The notes beneath the pieces are model-generated. The model did not search any database, had not been told where the DNA came from, and was given only the letters and a program-made list of their open reading frames with translations. This document shows, piece by piece, positions 28,665 through 37,802 of a DNA stretch of 64,000 nucleotides. Every line of letters begins with the position of its first letter. Position 1 is the stretch's first letter. The translations under genes were made by a program, and so were the position numbers. Source of the stretch: Herpetosiphonaceae bacterium (GTDB taxonomy: Bacteria; Chloroflexota; Chloroflexia; Chloroflexales; Herpetosiphonaceae); the NCBI GenBank assembly GCA_026003835.1, contig BPHZ01000011.1, forward strand, positions 3,743-67,742. The letters run 5' to 3'.

Positions 28665-29333
28665 ATGAGTGATGAACTGGCTCCAGAGCTACGCCGCGCC
28701 CTGGCAGATCTGCTGCTCGGGCTGGTGGATACAAAACAGCAACTTGGCTATCGCTACGCCGAGTGGTGTACCGGAGCGCCGACCTTGGAGGCGGCGACGG
28801 CGGCTTCGGCTATGGCCCAGGCTGAACTGGGCCACTCGCGGGCGATGCTGCCGCTGCTCGATGCCTTCGGCGATCTGCTTCCTGCTGAGGCGTTGGGCGA
28901 CCAGCGCCAGATCACGCGTGCAGCGCCCGGCCTTGAGCTATCCTTCGCCGGCTGGACCGATTTTATCGCTGCCAATACGATCATCGACGGTGTGCTGACG
29001 ACGCTCTTCGAACTGGCAACCAGCTCAACGTATAAGCCGCTGCAGAGCCGCACCCGTAAGATGATCGAGGAGGAGCGCTACCACAGCGCCCACGGCCAGG
29101 GCTGGACGCTGAAGCTGGCCCGCGGCGGCGGCTCGGCAGTTGAGCTTCTGCGTACCAGAGTAGCTGAACTGCTCGATGCAACCCTCGGCTGGCTGGAATC
29201 CTTCGATATCGATACCCTGGCCCAGGCTGGCGTGTTAAGCGGCGGCCGCGACGAGCTGCGCTCACGCTTTCTCCAGCGTCTGCAGCCAACCCTCAAGGCA
29301 TGCGGACTGGCTGATGAGGCACTCGCCCGATGA
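28665..29333 (+). CDS. paaC: 1,2-phenylacetyl-CoA epoxidase subunit C-like
   Basis: 222-aa ferritin-like protein. LLLGLVDTKQQLGYRYAEWCTGAPTLEAATAASAMAQAELGHSRAM and IEEERYHSAHGQGW are typical of PaaC. Confidence 0.75.
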   Translation: MSDELAPELRRALADLLLGLVDTKQQLGYRYAEWCTGAPTLEAATAASAMAQAELGHSRAMLPLLDAFGDLLPAEALGDQRQITRAAPGLELSFAGWTDFIAANTIIDGVLTTLFELATSSTYKPLQSRTRKMIEEERYHSAHGQGWTLKLARGGGSAVELLRTRVAELLDATLGWLESFDIDTLAQAGVLSGGRDELRSRFLQRLQPTLKACGLADEALAR

Positions 29334-29509
29334 GCAAGCGGACAAGCGGCGAGGGGCCGCGCTGTCCCTTCTGCGGCTCCCAGGATGTCGAGCTGCACGC
29401 CCTCTTTGGCTCGTTGATGTTAATGTCACAGTATTATTGCAACGGCTGTCGCACGGTCTTCGAACACATTCGTGACGACGAGCCTCCGGCATTCCCCCAG
29501 GAAAGGTAG
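29330..29509 (+). CDS. paaD: 59-aa zinc-ribbon protein = detached C-terminal half of PaaD (below the 60-aa ORF-track cutoff)
   Basis: ATG 29330 overlaps the paaC stop (ATGA). The translation is MSKRTSGEGPRCPFCGSQDVELHALFGSLMLMSQYYCNGCRTVFEHIRDDEPPAFPQER. The pattern CPxCGSxD...FGS...YxCxxCxxxFE is the conserved PaaD C-terminal Cys motif. Confidence 0.7.
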   Translation: MSKRTSGEGPRCPFCGSQDVELHALFGSLMLMSQYYCNGCRTVFEHIRDDEPPAFPQER

Positions 29510-29588
29510 GCAGAGCCAGTTGCACGACATCGAGAACCACAGACGGCTCGGCACAATCGATCGACCAGGGAGGGCTCTACGCCTCGGC

Positions 29589-30008
29589 ATGGGAGGAATG
29601 ACCTTTTTCCTGGCCCTTGCCCTGGCGTTCAGGCTGCGCTCGCTGTTTCTAAACCTGAGCAGCCCCATCAGTATCAATAATGAGTCGCTGATCTGGGCAG
29701 GACGCTTGTTGTTCGTTGGGGCAGTGATCACACCGCTGCTGCATATGGCGCTGCACCGCCTCTCCGCGCTGCGCCTACCGCCGGTCGACAGGCGCAGCTA
29801 CGGCCGGATGTTGCTGGCGCCGCTTGCGCTCGACCTGCTGGCGCTGCCCCTGCTGGCCGTAGAGGCCGTCTCGCCGGACGCGACGATCCTTATCGCCGTC
29901 AATACCGCGCTGCTTACCGGCGATCTGCTGATCTATTTCTGGCTGCGCCGCTTCCCTGCGGCGGCTCGCGTCGTGGAGACAAAAGAGCAAATCATGGTAT
30001 ATAGCTAG
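29589..30008 (+). CDS. hypothetical integral membrane protein
   Basis: Start taken at MGGMTFFLALALAF (ATG 29589) within ORF-track 29472..30008. About 4 hydrophobic helices and no recognised domain. The stop TAG is part of the CTAG that bounds repeat copy C1. Confidence 0.5.
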   Translation: MGGMTFFLALALAFRLRSLFLNLSSPISINNESLIWAGRLLFVGAVITPLLHMALHRLSALRLPPVDRRSYGRMLLAPLALDLLALPLLAVEAVSPDATILIAVNTALLTGDLLIYFWLRRFPAAARVVETKEQIMVYS

Positions 30009-30099
30009 TGGCCAACCACATTGATGAAGAAGAGGGAGCCGGAGGGTCGTAGTCCATCCGAACCTCCCCATGACCATGGATGGGGTAGGCTGCCAGTAG
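30005..30099 (+). mobile_element. CTAG-bounded dispersed repeat (MITE-like), copy C1
   Basis: CTAG at 30005-30008 and GTAG at 30096-30099 flank an 87-nt interior that starts TGGCCAACCAC and ends GTAGGCTGCCA. The core GGGAGCCGGAGGGTCGTAGTCCATCCGAACCTCCCCATGACCATGGATGGGGT contains two hairpins. Confidence 0.65.
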
Positions 30100-30119
30100 T
30101 GCGTGGCCCTGCGGAGGGA

Positions 30120-31034
30120 ATGACTGTGTCCAAGCTGATGTCGATGCAAGAGGCGATTGGTCGTTTTGTCCACGATGGAATGGCGGTAGCGATGAGCCTC
30201 GCGCTTGAACCGCTCATCCCCTTCGCCGCCGGCCATGAGATCATTCGCCAGCGGCGGCGCGATCTCACCCTGATCGGGCCAATCTCCGATTGTCTGTTCG
30301 ATCAGCTCATCGGCGCGGGCTGCGTGCGGCGCGTCATCGCAGCATGGGTCGGCAATGTTAGCGGCGGGCTTGGACATGCCTACCGCCGTGCCGCCGAACA
30401 GGGATTGCCCCAACCGCTTGAGATCCACGATCATTCCAACTTTACCATTGCGCTTGCGCTGCGCGCCGGGGCGCTGGGCGTCCCCTATATCCCGGCATAC
30501 ACACTCTTGGGAAGCGACCTGCCACGCTCAAACCCTGGACTGGTGCAGGCCGAGTACGAAGGCCGGCCGATCCTGCACGTCAAAGCGGTCACTCCCGATG
30601 TCGCCATCGTGCAGGTACAGCGCAGCGATGAAGATGGCAACGCCCACGCCTGGGGCAATCTCGGCATCAGCCTTGAAGCCGGTCTCGCCTCACGCGATAT
30701 CATTATCGTCGCCGAGGAGATTGTGCCGCGAGACGTGATCCTCAGCGATCCCAATCGCGTCATCGCGCCCTCGTTCAAAGTTCGAGCTGTCGTCCATGAG
30801 CCGGGCGGAGCGCATCCCTCGCCGGTCCAGGGCTACTACAACCGCGATCATGAGTTTTTCCACGCGTACCACAGCGCAACGCGGACGCTCGAAGGGATGC
30901 AGTCCTGGCTGCAGGAGTGGGTCTACGGTATCCCGGATCGCGCCGCCTATCTGCGCAAGCTGGGCGCCGAGCGCTGGACGAGCCTCCAGCGACGCACAAG
31001 CCTGCTGGCGGCGCCGGTGGACTATGGGTACTAG
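30120..31034 (+). CDS. CoA-transferase family I, subunit A-like (glutaconate-CoA-transferase GctA-like)
   Basis: SKLMSMQEAIGRFVHDGMAVAMS..., PYIPAYTLLGSDL and DVAIVQVQRSDEDGNA are typical of the alpha subunit. GTG 30126 (8 nt after GGAGG) is an equally plausible start. No beta subunit lies adjacent. Confidence 0.75.
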   Translation: MTVSKLMSMQEAIGRFVHDGMAVAMSLALEPLIPFAAGHEIIRQRRRDLTLIGPISDCLFDQLIGAGCVRRVIAAWVGNVSGGLGHAYRRAAEQGLPQPLEIHDHSNFTIALALRAGALGVPYIPAYTLLGSDLPRSNPGLVQAEYEGRPILHVKAVTPDVAIVQVQRSDEDGNAHAWGNLGISLEAGLASRDIIIVAEEIVPRDVILSDPNRVIAPSFKVRAVVHEPGGAHPSPVQGYYNRDHEFFHAYHSATRTLEGMQSWLQEWVYGIPDRAAYLRKLGAERWTSLQRRTSLLAAPVDYGY

Positions 31035-31038
31035 GCGG

Positions 31039-31554
31039 ATGCGCTCATTACGTCTTTTGCTCTCCCTAATATCCCTTGTGCTGCTGGCAAGCTGTGGCGG
31101 CGAGGGGACGATATCAACTCCACAGCCCCAGCGGAGCCGCCTGCCGACGGTTACGCCGATGGTCCTTGAGCAACAGACTGCAACCGGCTCCACCGTGGTC
31201 GCCGCGACGCCCAGAGCGACACCGAGCCCTGCGAATCAGACGGCAACCCCAACTACGGCCGCTGTGTCCGCTCTGCCAAGGCTGGTCTTTGTCGATGCGG
31301 TCTGGTGAGCGATCTGCGCAGAAATGCGGCTCGCCGTGAGCGAGCTCCAGCAAGAGTATCCGGGCCAGTTTGAGCTTGTGCGGCTTGACTTTGACAAGAC
31401 GGAAGACCGCCAGGCTGCCGAGACCTATGGGGCGCTCTTCCACCCCGCGTTCATCTTTATCGACCGCCGTGGAACGATCCATGCGCGGATCATCGGGGGG
31501 ACAACCAAAGCACGTCTTGCTCAGAGGCTCCAGGAGATCATTGCGGAGCCGTAG
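31039..31554 (+). CDS. thioredoxin-fold lipoprotein with in-frame TGA at the active-site Cys position (candidate selenoprotein, or nonsense pseudogene)
   Basis: ATG 31039 to TAG 31554 in one frame, with a single TGA at 31306-31308. Lipobox LLASC. Thioredoxin alignment: LVFVDAVW-[TGA]-AIC-AEM...EYPGQFELVRLDFD...YGALFHPAFIFIDRRG...IGG. ORF-track pieces 30796..31308 and 31324..31554 share this frame. Confidence 0.6.
31328..31346 (+). promoter_or_regulatory. SECIS-like hairpin 20 nt downstream of the in-frame UGA
   Basis: G-GCUCGC (31328-31334), loop CGUGA, GCGAGC-U (31340-31346). The apical loop contains GU and starts 26 nt after the UGA. Confidence 0.35.
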
Positions 31555-31569
31555 CTCCGCAGTCAGTCC

Positions 31570-32169
31570 TTATACTCGCTCCTCTTCACCGACCGTCTCC
31601 ATACCAACAGCGCGCTCCCTCAACGGCGGAGCTTCCTGAGATCCCAGAGATTCCGCAAGAACGCTCTCCCGCTCCCGGCGAGCCTCGTCAACCGTCATCA
31701 GCTCCGTTGCGCTCGCAATGATCGCATCCCTACCGATGGTCGTTACCTGGGATGCCGGGAGGAATTTGTTCTTGGAGAAGCTCAGCCAGCCCATGCCGAT
31801 CTCAAACCCAATCACCTCGCCGGCGGCACTGATCAAGACATCGCTGACGATGCCCAGTCGCTGGCCTGACTCGCTGACAACCGGCGCGCCCACCACACTG
31901 ATCCCTTGACTGACCAGCTCATCCAGGTCAGGCTGCTCCTTGATCGAGACGATTGGCTGCTCGCCTCGCACGACGATCATATCCCCGATACCGATCACCG
32001 AACTCCATAGCACAGCCCGCTGCTCGCCAAAGAGTCCTCCACCGTCGACAAGCGCCGCAACAACGTTGCGTCCCTGCGGGTCAAAAACCAGGTCGCGGAT
32101 CGTCGCAATAATCTCCCCGGTCGTTTGGGTGATCACTCGTCTGCCGATCAAATCAGTTGCTTTCCGCAT
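31570..32169 (-). CDS. PRC-barrel domain protein (two PRC barrels)
   Basis: MRKATDLIGRRVITQTTGEIIATIRDLVFDPQGRNVVAALV plus a second barrel VVGAPVVSESGQRLGIVSDVLISAAGEVIGFEI. AAGGAGG RBS. The ORF-track extends to 32268. Confidence 0.75.
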   Translation of the reverse strand: MRKATDLIGRRVITQTTGEIIATIRDLVFDPQGRNVVAALVDGGGLFGEQRAVLWSSVIGIGDMIVVRGEQPIVSIKEQPDLDELVSQGISVVGAPVVSESGQRLGIVSDVLISAAGEVIGFEIGMGWLSFSKNKFLPASQVTTIGRDAIIASATELMTVDEARRERESVLAESLGSQEAPPLRERAVGMETVGEEERV

Positions 32170-32261
32170 AGGGCCTCCTTTTTTGCTTATGAGGATAGCC
32201 TTGGGGCTTCTACGATAGTCCACCAAGAAGTATGCCATGCGGATAGATGGCCCGGCGCAGT

Positions 32262-32290
32262 ATGACACACCGCGCGCTCTGTGCTACAAT
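32262..32290 (+). promoter_or_regulatory. sigma-70-type promoter (extended -10) for the HMG-CoA lyase gene
   Basis: ATGACA (32262-32267), 17-nt spacer, TGcTACAAT (32282-32290). A ~120-nt GC-rich leader precedes ATG 32419. Confidence 0.5.
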
Positions 32291-32418
32291 AGTTTTCGGT
32301 CGCCGCCGACCAACGCCCAACGCAGGGCTTCAGCGGACGGGGAAGTGGGATGTGTCGTGCTCGCCCCCGGCCCGGTATCGATTCGGATGCTGGCGGCGAA
32401 CCCTTACCGGAGGTTCGT

Positions 32419-33408
32419 ATGGGTCAGATCCACTACCCCCTCTCCCACCTCCCGGAGCGAGTCAGCATCCGCGAGGTCGGGCCACGCGACGGTTTACAAA
32501 ATGAGGATGTGATCCTCTCAACGGAACAAAAGGTTCGTTTGATCAATTGCCTTAGCGACACGGGCCTTAAGTACATCGAGGTTGGCTCATTCGTCCACCC
32601 CAAAGTCGTCCCCCAGATGGCCGATACCGCCGAGGTTTTTGCGCGTATCGATCGGCGACCGGGCGTTGTGTACAGCGCTATCGCTCCAAATGCCAAAGGC
32701 GCCGAGCGCGCAATTGCGGCGGGCGTGGACGCTGTCCAGGTCTTCCTCAGCGCTTCGGAGAGTCACAACAAAAGCAATGTCAATATGCGCATCGCCGAAT
32801 CGCTGGCGGCGGCAGGCGAGATCGCCCGTATCGTGCGCGGCGCAGGCATCACCTTCGAGGCGGTCATCTCGGTGGTCTTCGGCTGCCCCTTTGAGGGCGA
32901 TGTGCCGATCGAGCAAACGCTCGATCTCGTCGAGCGGCTGGTCGATCTAGGAGCGGAGCAGATAACGTTGGGCGATACAACCGGAATGGGTAACCCCCGC
33001 CTGGTTCAGGAGGTGTTCATTGCCTTCCGTGAGCGCTTCCCAACCGTTCCGGTGCGCTTCCATCCCCACAGCGCTCGCGGCGCGGGCATTGCTAACGCAC
33101 TGGCTGCGCTGCAGGTCGGAATCGATCGGCTTGATGCCAGCATCGGCGGAATCGGCGGCTGCCCCTTCGCCCCCGGCGCTCGCGGCAACATCTGTAGTGA
33201 AGATCTTGTGCATATGCTGCACGAGATGGGCATCGAGACCGGCGTTGACCTGCCGAATCTGGTAGAGTGCTCGCGCCTGGTTGAGGAACTGCTTGGCCAC
33301 CAGGTGCCGGGACAGACATTACGCAGCGGAATCTGCGGGCATATCCCCGATGGCCGGCCGAATCCGCGGTTTCGCGCCTCGAACTCAGCGATTCATGTTG
33401 CAGGTTAG
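32419..33408 (+). CDS. hydroxymethylglutaryl-CoA lyase
   Basis: GGAGG RBS 5 nt upstream. Motifs: VSIREVGPRDGLQNE, YIEVGSFVHPKVVPQMAD, GIGGCPFAPGARGNICSEDLV. Confidence 0.9.
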   Translation: MGQIHYPLSHLPERVSIREVGPRDGLQNEDVILSTEQKVRLINCLSDTGLKYIEVGSFVHPKVVPQMADTAEVFARIDRRPGVVYSAIAPNAKGAERAIAAGVDAVQVFLSASESHNKSNVNMRIAESLAAAGEIARIVRGAGITFEAVISVVFGCPFEGDVPIEQTLDLVERLVDLGAEQITLGDTTGMGNPRLVQEVFIAFRERFPTVPVRFHPHSARGAGIANALAALQVGIDRLDASIGGIGGCPFAPGARGNICSEDLVHMLHEMGIETGVDLPNLVECSRLVEELLGHQVPGQTLRSGICGHIPDGRPNPRFRASNSAIHVAG

Positions 33409-33414
33409 CGCAGG

Positions 33415-33984
33415 ATGCCGGATCAATCGTCACGCAAACGACGTCTGCTCATCGTCCTGGGAGCGTTCCTGATTGCGCTGATCGTGCTCGGCGTCAACCA
33501 GAATATGAAACGCTCCTTCGCAAAAGGGCACTTCGGCGGGATCTACTGGTTCCTGATCGGCTACGATCAGGTCGTCTTTCCGCTGATCTGCCTGGCGCTG
33601 GCGGCGCTGCTGATCAGGCCTTTTCTCAAGCGCAGTGCGCGCCCTGAAAAAGACGGCAGGCTTGAAGGAGCTATCAACTCGGTGATCATGCTCGCCCTGG
33701 TGCCGGTGCTGCTGTGCTTCGCCGGCCTGCCCTTTGTTTTCAATACCTTCAAGCACCACGATAGCATCAGCGCGCAGGGCCATCGCTACTACCTGGCGAG
33801 CCGTTCCCAGTTGATCGGCGGCACAAACTATCTGCTCGTCAAGTGCGACAGCATCGGCTTTCTCTGTAGGACCGTCTGGTCCACCGGCTATTCAGATTAT
33901 GATCATGTCAAGCTGGCGCTGGACTCGACCACCGGACAGGTATCGGTGCAGTCAGGCACGCGGATTCTCTATACGTATCGGTAG
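33415..33984 (+). CDS. hypothetical membrane protein (3 TM + small C-terminal domain)
   Basis: 189-aa ORF tightly packed between the lyase and the carboxyltransferase. Hydrophobic helices are present; no recognised motif. Confidence 0.55.
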   Translation: MPDQSSRKRRLLIVLGAFLIALIVLGVNQNMKRSFAKGHFGGIYWFLIGYDQVVFPLICLALAALLIRPFLKRSARPEKDGRLEGAINSVIMLALVPVLLCFAGLPFVFNTFKHHDSISAQGHRYYLASRSQLIGGTNYLLVKCDSIGFLCRTVWSTGYSDYDHVKLALDSTTGQVSVQSGTRILYTYR

Positions 33985-34070
33985 CAGCCGGGCGCAGCGC
34001 GATGATATGATCTCCGTCGAGGCATCAAACCAGGACGAAACAGCGCACAGCTATCAATCAAGGACAACCC

Positions 34071-35678
<1,608 letters not shown>

Positions 35679-35755
35679 ATGACCATAGAGGCAACACGCA
35701 GATCCAACCTTTGTCTCTGTGTGTCTCCCTTGTAACAGCTGGTCGGTGGGACTGT

Positions 35756-36544
35756 ATGAGCGAGAATTACACCCATCTGCGAGTCGAGCGCTCCGGCCAT
35801 GTGGCGACGGTCACGCTGTCGCGGCCGGATGTCCATAATGCCTTCAACCCGGTGCTCATCGGCGAGCTGCACCGCTGCTTTGAAGCGCTCGCATTCGACG
35901 AGAGCGTCCGCATCGTCGTGCTCACCGGCGATGGGCTATCCTTCTGCGCCGGGGCGGACCTGAACTGGATGCGCGAGAGCCTGCGCTATACCCGAGAGGA
36001 AAACCTGGACGATGCGGAGCGGATGGCGGCCATGTTTGAGTCCATCAACAGTCTGCCCAAACCGCTGATTGGCAGGATCAACGGCGCCGCCATGGGAGGT
36101 GGAGTCGGCCTGGTAGCCTGCTGTGACATCGCCGTCGCCGTCAATAACGCCCGATTTGGCTTCTCAGAGGTGAAGCTGGGGCTTATCCCGGCTGTGATCG
36201 CGCAGTATGTGGTGCCAAAGATCGGCCCCAGCCACGCACGCGCGCTCTTTATCAGCGGCGAGCGCTTCGGCGCGGATGTCGCCCACTCTATCGGGCTGAT
36301 TCACCGTGTCGTGTCCCCCGAGGCGCTGGACCAAGAGATCAGCCGGGTCATCGCCGAGCTAACGACCTCAGGCCCAGGCGCTATGGCAGCGGCGAAGAAC
36401 CTGGTCAGGGCTATAATGCACTACAGCCCTGCCGAAGCCCGCCTTTACACAATTGAGGCCATTGCAACGTTACGCACATCGCCGGAGGGACAGGAAGGTC
36501 TGGGAGCGTTTCTGGAAAAACGCAAGCCGAGCTGGTCAGCCTAG
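35756..36544 (+). CDS. enoyl-CoA hydratase family protein (methylglutaconyl-CoA hydratase-like)
   Basis: Crotonase motifs VVLTGDGLSFCAGADLNWM and RINGAAMGGGVGLVACCDIAVA. Located between the MCC subunits. Confidence 0.85.
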   Translation: MSENYTHLRVERSGHVATVTLSRPDVHNAFNPVLIGELHRCFEALAFDESVRIVVLTGDGLSFCAGADLNWMRESLRYTREENLDDAERMAAMFESINSLPKPLIGRINGAAMGGGVGLVACCDIAVAVNNARFGFSEVKLGLIPAVIAQYVVPKIGPSHARALFISGERFGADVAHSIGLIHRVVSPEALDQEISRVIAELTTSGPGAMAAAKNLVRAIMHYSPAEARLYTIEAIATLRTSPEGQEGLGAFLEKRKPSWSA

Positions 36545-36576
36545 CGGCATCTGAAAACACATCCGAGGAATGCGTT

Positions 36577-37677
36577 ATGCCCGGCACGCGTCGCTACCTG
36601 CTCATTCTGCTGCTCGGACTACTGTCGCTGCTGCTTGCCGCCTGTCGTCTATCCGGTACACCCGCTATCGATCAAGCGCCCGCTGCCACACCGGCGAGCA
36701 GCCCCAGCCCGCGGCCTACGCGGCCGCCGCAGGCTGGGACCAGCAGGAGCAACCCTGTGCCGCGCAGCCAGACGGTTGAGGTGGGGGACTGGGAGATCAG
36801 GGTATTGGATGTCAAACGGGGCGCTGCAGCCTTGGAAACCGCCAAGACCGATCATCCCTTCGTCGATCCGCCGCCGCAGGGTATGGAGTACCTGCGCGTT
36901 AAGCTGTGGGTCAAGAGCGCGCATACGGATCAGGGCGAGTATAGCCCCGGCCAGCTCGATGTAGCGGTGACCGGCGAGCGTTTCGTCGAATACCGCACCG
37001 TCGATCTCGGCCAGCGTTTTGGGTTAGCCCTCTGGCCGCACGATCTGCAGTTTGCGCCGCCGCTCACTAGCGGGCAGTCGACCGAGGGCTGGGCGACCTT
37101 TCTTGTGCCGCAGGAAGAGCGTAAGCTGATCCTGATCCTTGGCGAGTTTTTTGGATTTGATCAGGAGAAGCGTCGCTTTATTGCCCTTGAAGAGGGAGCT
37201 GCCGTTGCCGTACCCCCTGAACTACGCGATCGCTCGCCGAATGCGCTGGGCAAGCGCCATACTGAGCCGGCGCCGTTTGGCGAGAAAGTTAGCACACATA
37301 ACTGGGAGCTAGCGGTGCTGGACGTCCTGCGCGGCGAGGAGGCCTGGCAGATGCTCCAGGCCGAGCCGTTTGCCGAACCGCCCGAGCCGGGGCGCGAGTA
37401 TCTGCTCGTCAAGCTCCGCATGCGCTACATCAAGCCCGTCGACGAATCCGAAATGATCTTTGTCAATATCTTTCGGACGCGCGGCAGCGCAGGACAGGTT
37501 TATGAACAGCCGTCGATGGCGGCGCCACCGCCCAGGCTTGACTGCAGGCTCTATCCCGGCGGCGAGTGTGAGGGCTGGGTGGTGCTTCAGGCCGGCGCGG
37601 GGGAAAGTGGTATGATGTTGATCTTCGATCCGCCGCTGGAATCGGGCGGAAATCGTTATCTGTCGCTTGAGCGCTAG
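36577..37677 (+). CDS. lipoprotein with two DUF4352-like beta-sandwich repeats
   Basis: Lipobox LLAAC and a P/S/T linker. There are two similar modules (VEVGDWEIRVLDVKRG...EYLRVKLWVK... and VSTHNWELAVLDVLRG...EYLLVKLRMR...). Confidence 0.6.
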   Translation: MPGTRRYLLILLLGLLSLLLAACRLSGTPAIDQAPAATPASSPSPRPTRPPQAGTSRSNPVPRSQTVEVGDWEIRVLDVKRGAAALETAKTDHPFVDPPPQGMEYLRVKLWVKSAHTDQGEYSPGQLDVAVTGERFVEYRTVDLGQRFGLALWPHDLQFAPPLTSGQSTEGWATFLVPQEERKLILILGEFFGFDQEKRRFIALEEGAAVAVPPELRDRSPNALGKRHTEPAPFGEKVSTHNWELAVLDVLRGEEAWQMLQAEPFAEPPEPGREYLLVKLRMRYIKPVDESEMIFVNIFRTRGSAGQVYEQPSMAAPPPRLDCRLYPGGECEGWVVLQAGAGESGMMLIFDPPLESGGNRYLSLER

Positions 37678-37802
37678 TCGTCCACCACATCCATCGTGCT
37701 GAGGAGGCGCTCCCCCTTTCTCATTAATATCAATGATCAATGTGGTTGACCATTGGTTGCATAAGAGATGGCGTGAGCCTATCCTGAAGAGTTGCAGGTG
37801 TT

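Noticed and set aside
30031-30090. Repeat core as a tRNA-like element or a group II intron domain V (GAGCC...GAAC)
   Set aside because: The reverse complement lacks a T-arm and acceptor geometry. The 5' GAGCCGG and 3' CCGAAC cannot form the domain V helix with its characteristic bulge, and no intron ORF or other intron domains are nearby.
36570-36779. 69-aa ORF overlapping the start of the DUF4352-like lipoprotein gene
   Set aside because: It is an alternative frame of the same region. The 36577 frame gives a canonical lipoprotein signal and continues for 366 aa.
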